Part shown: positions 13,601-23,421 of the stretch, piece after piece
How the letters are laid out: every line of letters begins with the position of its first letter
Numbering within the stretch: position 1 is the first letter of the stretch
Assembly (NCBI GenBank): GCA_000934665.2
Contig: KZ538164.1
Coordinates: 62,001 to 110,133, forward strand
Length of the DNA: 48,133 nt
Direction: 5' to 3'
Origin: Catajapyx aquilonaris
Taxonomy: Eukaryota
Made by a program: the position numbers and the translations under genes
The notes under the pieces: model-generated
The model's input: only the letters and a program-made list of their open reading frames with translations
Database searches by the model: none
Told to the model about the DNA's origin: nothing

Positions 13601-16600
13601 CAGATGGGAGGAGGGGGGGGGGGATAAAAAACACACATACCCGCACAGAGAAAATGGCATTTTATTAATTTCGCCTACTGTACGAGAAAGAGGTTTTGCT
13701 ATACACAATCCGGGAGCGTCCTTTGTTCAGGGGAAAATACCACAGCTGTGTATGGCCCACACCCCAAAAAAGAGGACAGTTTATGTTCGGTTGCAAAAAA
13801 GAGGAATGGGCGCAATTACTATGGTGAATGCCGGTATATTGATGGTACTGAGCCCTTTTATTTTAAAGGGAGAGCCGTATAATGCTGGGTTAGCATTCAA
13901 TTGTTGATTAAAAAGCCTTACTCGTTACTTTTGCAGGATGCTCCACTCGAGATTGGCGAAAATTTTAGCACTGAAATGTGTGCGGAAGTTACTTTCCAAC
14001 AAATAACATCTTCGCTATAAACAAAATAACAATTGTTTATCTTATCCATACAAGGTTACTGAGAGAGTGAAGTAGTACATTTTTGCCTAAATGGCCTTGT
14101 TAAATACGGAGCGACATGATTAAAATTATTGCAGATGAGAATTTAATGCATTAATATGCGTCCGTGTTGCTCTTTTGTGCTCCGAATATTTTGAGTAAAA
14201 ACACACATTTTCTTTTCATGTCGACCTTTTTTTTCTCTCCATATATACTACAACTATATTGTTCGCTCTGCCTTTTGTATCCGTCTCTTTTAGGTCGTTG
14301 CGTGAAAATGTTAATATTTGCCTTTGTGATTCAGCGTTTGTTCTTTATATTACCATATTTTCCTCTTGCATTCAATTTGACAGAGTGCGGTTATACGTAC
14401 GGCTTTGGAAACTGAATTTACTCCGCTGACATTACTAATGGAATTGCCTATTTAAGCTCGTAATTATCCCGTCGTTCTTCGGACGATCCAAAATAAAAAC
14501 TAGATAACTACACCCGGTGCTTTTCAGACGCAGTTACATGATGTCGCCTCCAAAGTATTGGCTCCAACACGTCATTTCCTGCCACATAAAAAAACTGGAT
14601 GACTTTTACATAACCTTCTCGAAGCTGCAGATATCGCATTCATGTGTCGGAATCTGTGCTTAGACTCTGAAAAACTCTTTCCTCCATTTTTTTCTCTCTC
14701 TCTCCGGGCGGCATATACTGCAGAGAGTCGTTTTCTCTGGAAAATCCTGACCCTCCCAGGATGCCAAATTAGCTAGACCCCGGAATACCTAATGCTGTAT
14801 GGCAGTCGTAACCTACGGGTCTTTTGGGGGGTAGAAGGAGGAAGGAGACTTTGCCGGGTCCAGGGGAGGCTGAGACTGGTCGATATTAATACTGGGCCAG
14901 ACGGTCAATGTCGGCTTAAAGAGGGGGGCTTAAGTCCTTGCAGACGACTTAGGAATCCGAAATGAGCGCTGCCACCTGGACAAGCATCGAAGGCGCAATT
15001 CTCCGGGTCCCAAGAGGGGGAGGACCTAATACTCCATGCTAAATCACAGGGTGTATCGCAATAGGGCTGCTGCGGTGGCCGAGAATAAACCGGGGGGGCC
15101 TGTGTTGCCGGATGTATCGTTTCCCACGTGTTTAGTATTTCCAGTCGTGGCCGCCAATCGATTTCCGCTACTTCCAATTTTCACAGTCGGGTTATCCGGG
15201 GTATTGTTTTGTGGGAATTTATAAGGTCATATCATCTGCATGAGTATGAGTCGATCGGCTATAACTTACCATAGGCCACGCTATCAACCCGATAAACGAC
15301 AGTTCCGTGGCTGAGTAAGTGCTGACTGTCAGTTAAGTGATAAGTGAAAATATATACAGAGTGTTGTAACCGCGCAATTAATTTCAAACCGTACATTCTG
15401 TCTTATAAGTACTCTTAACCGACCTACCAAGCACGTGCATCATAACTGGCACAATCAGCACGTTCATGTGTGCCGGGTATTGATCACATATTTGACGCAC
15501 ACTTTCGATTACATCCCCCTAAACCATGTTACGTAAAACGAGTGTCCCTTTAAAACAGGGCACGTCATCTCTATACGCAGGTTTTAGTGCTCCTAACCGT
15601 GCATTGAAAAAGCAGACGTTGATGGGGGTTGAATTTTCCCAAAGTCTGCGCCTGTCATGTTTCACATGCGCCACGCGAGACTCATTACTTGCACCCAAAG
15701 TATGAGCCCCAGACTATATATCCTACACGTATACAAAAACCTGCCATATTTCCAACAAGAACAAGACAATGCCGCACGTCCAGATGTTAAAAGCGGGGGC
15801 CCCCCTATAGTTTTACGGGGCTAGGTCGGTCATATCTAGGCGTTTACACCAATGAACCTTTATTGCTCGGCATTAAAATTAGGACAAAACTGGCCTCTAA
15901 AACAGGGTATGATTCGAATTACGATGTACCAGAAATATTGGTTAATGGTCATAATTTTGTGCAACGGAGGGTCAGATAGTGATCGGGAAATCGTGCCATA
16001 TTGTATATGGTGTGCTAAGTGTGTTTTGAAGCGGACTCGGCTTTCGATAATTACCAGGTATCACGTGCTGCGTCGAGGGTTGGAAGGTATACGGGGGTAT
16101 AGAATAGGTTTTACAAGCCGGAAACACGAGCTAATTGGCTTGTTAATGCGATGCGATGAGAGTGTGGACTTTTCCTGCCCGCAAAACATTTTCTTGGTAA
16201 ATCCTAACGCGCTTTTCCTGGTCCGGAAGTGCCGTGACTTCGATTGCGTTATCGCCCCGTTGTTGTGACGTCGATCTTGTCATGTTCGGTTAAGCCTGCT
16301 GTTTTCTTTCCGTGCTGACCATACGATGAAATATTTTTTGAACGCATACAGTACGGTTAATTTTTCGATACGCGGATTCGTAAATGTGGCATGAAAAATT
16401 AAAATCCGTTATTTCCCACCCAATTCGTCACTAAAAATTATTTAAGCCGGCTTTTCTGGGGATATTCCCTAATGCTCATTGCCGCCATTTATTTTGGGAA
16501 TGAAACGCTGAAAAGCACAAATATTTTTACAGAAAATAATATGGCTCAGCATTAGAAAAGTGGGCCTATTGAACCACTCTAACCAAAATTGGTCCAACTT

Positions 16601-19600
16601 TGCATTGTTTAATCATTCTTAATTTGTTGATAATTTTTTTTGAGCGTATGAACACACGTGCGTTATTAATACGGCATCCCATTTGCTGGTTATTGTAGTT
16701 AGGCTTCAATTATTATTCCAAACTGCGGCTCACAACTTTCGTGTACAGAATACCTCTCGCGAGGGAAATTAACTTTAAATTGAATTTTGAAGGTCATAGC
16801 CCCTAACGCTTTATGAGTGCAAGTACGTGATGGGCATAGAGCACAGGTTTGGGTGGGAGAGAACCAGGATTGGGAAAAGTGGGAGATGGGGGGAGGTGGA
16901 ATGAACACACGAAAAAAAAATCGTTTATGTGATAATCGCAGCCGCGTGAGGCTGTGCTGCAGAGTCTGTGCCTAAATGGTGCCCATAACCAACCTTAACA
17001 TATCCTCGTCTCTACCGCTGGATGTTTCTCTCAGTGAAAAACCAGATGCTCACGCTTTAAAAGCTGCAAAAAAAAGTGAAATCCTGCGTGCGAGATTCAG
17101 CTCAACCCATAAATTCGCAAAAATGTGCTCCCATCCGCCTCTTCCTTTTTTCTTTCAAAAGCAGAAAAAGAAATGACTCCCGCTGTATCTTGGACCTGAG
17201 TCGTTAGCAGGAGAGAGAGAGAAAGGGCATTATTGCCCTCCCATAAATTTTGTCGGACCATAATTAACTCTATCGCCGGTAGTAATTAAATGGTAAGCTT
17301 ATCAGGAGGGGTTGATTGGTTTTCCATGACTGTGTTTAAAAGCCCCTGAAAGCTTAGCAGAAAGCCCTCTTGCCGGCTAGAATCGGCCTGATTGTGCGAT
17401 TCTGTCAGGATTAGGGGTTAGGTGTTTGTGTTTCTGCCTTTCAGATAAAGCGGGTGATTACAATTCAATCGTACACCACAGATCAAGGTCGAGGAAATTT
17501 TGCTAATGTGGCAGCACCCGACTTTTGTATATATCTGATAGACCACTCTTATGCACCCCCGCAAATTCCATTGGTCATCTCTGGAAGCGAATTTTGGATA
17601 AAACGGCCCTCTCTGCTGCTTGCCTTCCATTCCTGGCCCACCCACCCCTTTATTCCTTAATGAGAACCACACAAAGGCCAATATTGAAATTTGCGCCAGT
17701 CTGGAATCGTTTTCCAACAGCGCCTTTTGGGGTCAGAGAGCTTGATATATTCCGCCAGCACTACTTTATCCCGGTTTAACAGGGAATACTGTACATAAAG
17801 GGCCATCCACAAACGCTATTTCGGATGCCGTAAATTATTTTACAAGTTTGTTGTTTTCTCACGCGTCGCGCTCCGTGCCGCCATGCACACATAGTTATCG
17901 AGAGTATTATCCGGAAACCAGATAACTTAATGGCTCACTCATTTTTTTTACCCAAGGGCCGCATAAACACCATTGCGTGGATAACGTGCATTAGAACCGC
18001 AGATTTTTAAAAAATGGTATAAAAATTATAAGCCGGATTCTCCTAAAAGTAAAAACTTATCATTTAAAACACTGCACTAATGGCAATTTATTAGTGTTAA
18101 GCCCTTTGTGCGCGTAATTCCAACAGGGAATGCATTAGTAAACGTTAATAATACCTCCCAGAGCAGTCCAGCGATAATTAAACGGTTAAGAACACTCCCT
18201 TTTCGATCTCCACAGCCTTTTTTTTTGTTGCTCTAAAGTTGAGCCGCAGTTTGGAATATACGAAAAGTCTCGCATGAGAATGATTTCATGTGGGAGAAGC
18301 CCCCCTAGCCCCCGTTGGAAAGCAAAAAAAAGTAATTGAAATTCAGATTGATATGGGTACAGTAAGTTTTAATCTGCAGCCTTGTCTCGCCGGGCTTCAA
18401 AATCATTGCCGTAGCGCAAACATGCCCTGGCTCTCATTAGTTGAGGGGGATCCTACACTTATGATTATTTCCCTAATGAGACGGGGGTATTTTTGTCCTC
18501 TTAGATATTGGCGCAGAAGGGATTAACGATATAATAAGCTTTTAATCTATAGCTGACACGCTGATTGCAACTACTGTTTTGGCAATCACAACTATAGATG
18601 AGCTAAAATTCATATATGCCAATTTCGCCTGCTTTTTTAAAAATTTGCACTTTATGGGCGGAGTGAAAATGCACAAAAGCGTTTTAATATACCGCCCACG
18701 TTCGCCATTATGTATTTAGTTTATGTGACCTAATTCGGGAACCACCCTCAAGTTTTATTTATTCATAGCAACTGGAGTTTATTTTAAATATGATGATAAC
18801 TTTATTTCAAGCTTCCCCAACATTACGTCATGTCTGCTTTTGTCTGAGGATTATGCAATTATCAGTGCACATATTATTTCCCTTTGCGCAATTTCCATGG
18901 TTTATAATAATTATTTTATTACTGTGTTCTGCATCCGTTATGATGAAATTTTAATTACTTAACATGCAACCTAAATGTAATTATAAAACTGCCCAAAACA
19001 AAATTTTTATAATGGACAATCTTCCTGTGAATTCAGATATAGGTTTTATGGTACATCAATAACGTGCATTTTAAAACGACGAACACAAATCTTCATTTGG
19101 CTTTCAAAAAATGAGCGGATTCAATGCGAATATATGCCGCAAATATTTTTGCAGCCTACGTTACATTTGACCTCGCTTGTAACTGCCACGTAAGTGAATA
19201 TTTCCCCGGTTATTGAGGGCAATACTTAATGTATAATTCAAGTGTTGTGGCGTCGTGATAATTCTCCGCCCATGAACACAACATTCCGGTTATTTGCTTC
19301 TTACCCTTTTTTTTCTGCACGCAAGTTAGTCAATTACGCTGCAATTCTGATTACACAGCCGGTCTTATTGCATGCATCGTCGTTTTGAGACGCAGCCCAT
19401 AGCTTACCTCCAGGTGAAATCATCAGGGCACCATTTTTGGATCAAAGAGTTTCTCCTCCTTCAATTCCCCTGGGAAAACAGCCCCATCTTCAGTACTGTA
19501 TCCAATAAGGGTGCCGCAGATGCTCAAAGTTTGACATAATTTGACTACTGGGAAGGCCCGCAAAGTGCACACGTCAGGTTGGACCATCTAGCCAAGTTTT

Positions 19601-21014
19601 CAAAAATGCCCGAAATTTTATAGAGCAGCTCTTTTTTGTGGGGTGGGGGATTCCTTGTCCCTATATGTCACCCCTTCTGATGATGACCTCTATCGCAATA
19701 TGCCCTGGCACGATTGACCCGTCAGTGTGATGACGATGAGAGGCGAGGATGTGGCTTGGCCCAGTTTTTGCGTTTGTATTGAGGCGGCGGAAGCAGCAGC
19801 AGGCTTGGGATTGCACATAATTTGAAGCCGGGAGAGGCAATATTCGTAAAGATTTCCCAGGCGTGGAGGATAGAAAATGAAGGCGTGGCTTCCGGCCTAG
19901 GACGAGATCTAGAGATATTCCGGACATAAACTGAAAAGAGAATGCGACAGGCATCTAATCCACTGGATGATGATCGTGTGTGTACAGGGTGTGAGAAGAC
20001 CCCCCTATTTTTTGGGGATCTTATATAAATTCCGATAGTAAAAGAACCAAAAATGCTTAGGCATTGATCGATCAGCCGCAGTAAACTTTTGACAGGTTTA
20101 TTAGCCTCCAGGTGAGGCGCGCTTGGAGGAGATGCATCAGCGCCTAATGCAGTAATCATTAATTTAGCGGAGTGAATATTGGCGACGAGCGTCTTTGGAG
20201 CCTGGCTCCTTCATTCCCTTGCATTATGAAACGCAACCAGGGTTGCGTGTCAATATTCACGAAACACATCACTTCACACTCCTGGTTATGTTCGAGCGTT
20301 ACCCAACTTTTCACGGGATTATACGTCACGAGTGAGTCATTTTCTGACACACTTTTTTGGGGGTGATGCGCAATAACGCGGCTGTTATTTAATTGTGATA
20401 AAATGGGCCATCAAAAGATGTGCCATTTTTGTATGTCACTTCCGGGAGAGAAATAACTATTGTTGGTGGCCGTGACGCAAAATGGATTTACCTTGCAGTG
20501 TCTGGAAATCTGTTTTCCGGGCTTCAACTAGGACAAAAGACTCAATAAATCCTGTCACACTCGCAAAATGTACAAGGTGGTTAGACGCATGGCTTAGTTG
20601 ATACATTTCGTGCGTAACTTTATTCAGCGATGCTTGCGGATTATTTTAGCTTCGGTTAAGTAGTGGCTGTCACTTCTAGTTTATTCACAGGTCAGCTTGC
20701 TCTACATGTTATCCTCGGAATGAAGGGACAGAGCCTGACGCAACGTCCTGGTTCACTGAGTGGCCCTGTGTGCAGTACATGTCAAGATAACCATTTACGA
20801 CGTTCAGGCAGGTTAATGCGACTTTACCTGACACGTTTATCGCTTTACAAACACTGGGGCGCCAAAAGATGGGGGGCAACAAGGTTTTAATTTCTATTTG
20901 ACACATTTTTCTAAATTCTGGTTTATTCCCAGACAATTTCAGAGCACGATAATTCCGAGTGCAGAGTACGCCTCCGCACAGTGCGCTGAATACGAACACC
21001 TCGAAGGCATCGAA

Positions 21015-21029
21015 TAGTAGTAGTAGTAG
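21015..21029. repeat. (TAG)5 microsatellite just inside the intron
   Basis: tagtagtagtagtag, read directly. Confidence 0.85.
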
Positions 21030-21056
21030 CATTACAGTATTATATAGTAATGTGGA

Positions 21057-21065
21057 CTGTACCTG
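21057..21065 (-). other. Phase-0 splice donor CAG|GTACAG ending the Octalpha2R exon
   Basis: Receptor similarity and GC-rich codon usage stop exactly after PKCQ. The minus strand reads CAG|GTACAGT, followed by AT-rich sequence with a (CTA)5 repeat. Orthologues continue with a TM5 of the form GYVLYSALGSFYIP, which is absent here. Confidence 0.85.
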
Positions 21066-21737
21066 GCACTTGGGATGCTCCTCCGGAGGCCGGTTCTCCT
21101 TCCAGCCGAGAAGTGGAGGAATAGAAATGAGTCCGCTCAACACCCACACCATGGCGATCATGACCGCTGCCCTCTCGGGAGTCCTCTTCTTCAGGTACTC
21201 TATGGCCTGCGTGATGGACCAGTACCGGTCCAGGCTGATGAGGCAAATGTTCATGATGGAAGAGGTGCAGAGGAGGACGTCCATGGCCGAGTGGATGTCG
21301 CACCACCAGTCTCCGAAGATCCAGTAGCCCATCAGCTCGTTGGCTAAGGAGAAGGGCATCACCACCAGACCGACGAAGAAGTCCGCAACTGCCAGGGACG
21401 CGATGAACCAGTTCTGGAGATTCTTCAGGGACTTTTCTGTGGCGATGGCGATGATGACCAGCATGTTTCCGACCACCACCACTATCATGATCAGGGTCAG
21501 AACTATGGAAGCGATGATTATGTGGATGGTGGAGTATCCCGAGGGCAAGTCCCAGAAGATGGTGTCGTTTCCGTCCCAGCTGTAGTTCCCGGTGTAGTTG
21601 CCGTCGTCCAGAGGATACAAGAGGCTTCCGTTGTTCTCGGCCACTGCGGCCAGCACCTGCTGGTAGTCCTCCTCGTCGAACCGAAGCTCAATGTCCGGGA
21701 TGCTCAGGTTCAACTCGTACGGTCCGAACGGGTTCAT
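21063..21737 (-). CDS. Octalpha2R: First coding exon (225 codons; N-terminus, TM1-TM4, ECL2) of an alpha2-adrenergic-like octopamine receptor (aminergic rhodopsin-family GPCR); gene 3'-incomplete in this window
   Basis: The translation has class A hallmarks: TM1 GNMLV, TM2 SLAVAD, ECL1 W-x-FG plus TM3 Cys (WIFGDWWCD), amine-binding Asp3.32 (SAMDVLLC), DRY (LDRYW), TM4 W...SIPPLLGW and ECL2 Cys (PKC). The segment ATEKSLKNLQNWFIASLAVADFF...SLANELMGYWIFG...CDIHSAMDVLLCT closely matches arthropod Octalpha2R/OA3 as I recall it (no search run). The N-terminus carries five N-glycosylation sequons (NLS, NGS, NYT, NYS, NDT). GC3 is high relative to the flanks. The first ATG (21737-21735) has A at -3 (ACAATAATG); the ORF-track start at 21806 is GTG. 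Confidence 0.93.
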
Positions 21738-22679
21738 TATTGTAATGCAGTTGTTGGCACCCACAAACTCTCCGGCCGCTGGGGTCGCGAGTGTCCTCAC
21801 CCCCACAGAACTCTCTTATTGGACAACTCAATGTATGTATAGTTTTTTTTAATAAAAAAAATTATAAGAGGGGAGGGAAAGGGTAACTAATAACACGACT
21901 AATCCCTTCGTGTCTGAATTGCATCCCAAAACACTCAACTGGTCACATGCAAAAACAACAAACGACAGGAAAATGACAACAATTAATTCGAGAGCGATAT
22001 TTAGAAGGGGGGAGTGTGATAGTATGTTATTATGTAATTCTTTTCTGCTTTTTTATCAGTTTCCTATTTGGGGGTGGGGAAGATGTACTGAAAATTTATT
22101 TTATTTATATTTATTTTTTTTCCTCCGACCTACTATAGAGTAACTAAACCTCTCTAAGAATGATAATAATTTTTTACTTTATTATCGGCTACCCGTTTTG
22201 CCCGAATGTTGCTCTTTGTGTCAGACACAAATCCGCAGCAAGCAACTACATGTTCGACAATGAGGAAAATCTGTACAGTTTGTTCCAAAAAGAATAACTA
22301 AAGCCAACGGGAAAACGATAAATAAAAGGCAAGGGTGGATGAACGAAACCAACAGAAAGGTAATTGCTTTCCCTCTTTCCATTTAACAATTACTCGCCAA
22401 CAAAAAAAACACAGACACACACACTGCTTTTTTTAAAAACGGGGGATCAGCGTGCAGTTATTTCTATATGTACACATCCTACAAGTGACAACCAAAAAAC
22501 GAAGGGGGTTACTGTACAAAGGGGCGTTATGTGTGTTGTGTATATGTGTTTTATGTGTGTGTGCTTGACCCCCACCCCCCCAGACACGCACGCTCATCCC
22601 ACAAAAAACTACACACACCGAAAAACCGGGCAACTCAAAAAACGGCAAAGGGAAAACAGCTCGAGTCCTCTCTTCATGT

Positions 22680-23421
22680 GTCAACTATCGCCTCGGACAG
22701 GTCCTTGAAGTAAGAGCGGCACTTGCGTCGGTACCCGGTACCGGCTCCGGCGTAGGGGCACTCGACATACATCATGTGGCTCGGGGTCATCGCTGTCGAA
22801 TCACGTTTTGGTCATGTCCGGCCCGCAGTGGGCCATGCGGGCCGGCACACGGTTCCTCTCGCATTATCACTCGATGGTAAATGAAAAATATAATACGTTG
22901 CCGCCTTTTTTTGTGTGTGTGTGTGAGGAGGTCACACCCGGGTCATGTCCCCCACCGCCACTCTCGCGCACTGTGCTGGGTCCAAGGTCAAGGTCAGACT
23001 GACCCGCAGGTGACGGAGAGAAGAGAGCAGCCCTGCGGCGTCCAGGAGTGCGCCTGGACCACTAAAAACTCCGGGGGGGATGCTCCGGAGAGATCAAAGC
23101 CGAGAGAAGGGAGACCCCTCCCTCGATTCCAGCTCCGCGAATAAGGTTTTTCGAACCGATTTTTTTTTTCCTTCTTCCGGAGAGGGCTAGGGTGGGGGAG
23201 GAGGAGAGGAGGCCAGGAGTTTGGCCAGGAGAGATAGGCCTCTTATTCCTTCGCAACCTTTCTCTTGCTTCGCGCCCCACACAACGCGCTCCAATTCGAG
23301 TCTGTACTCCACTGTGCCGTACGATAGCTGGGATGTTTGGAAGGGGGGGGGGGGCTAGGGGGTGGGACTAGAGGGTGGGGGGGGTCCCTTTTAGGCTTTA
23401 GTCGGGGGGGACGTGGGGGGG
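22680..23421 (-). promoter_or_regulatory. Putative promoter / 5' leader region of the receptor (GC- and CpG-rich block)
   Basis: GC/CpG content is visibly higher about 1-1.7 kb upstream of the ATG. There is an Inr-consensus TCAGTC on the minus strand at 23002-22997, with no good DPE at +28. The block also has multiple RGGTCA half-sites and long G-runs at 23343-23421. The TSS is inferred, not observed. Confidence 0.45.

Larger units (their letters stand above)
1..21062 (-). other. Probable long intron of the receptor gene (at least 21 kb, extends beyond the window)
   Basis: No TM5 (SFYIP), TM6 (CWxPFF) or TM7 (NPxxY) coding sequence was seen downstream on the minus strand in the ORF track or by eye. 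The region is low-complexity and non-coding in character. A short exon could have been missed. Confidence 0.7.

Noticed and set aside
20709..21806. 365-aa ORF as a complete single-exon gene
   Set aside because: It starts at GTG and lacks TM5-TM7 motifs. Similarity ends at a GT donor, so only 21063-21737 is supported as coding.
20959..21842. Overlapping antisense and alternative-frame ORFs across the receptor exon
   Set aside because: These are an expected by-product of the exon's high GC3 codon bias and have no recognisable protein features.
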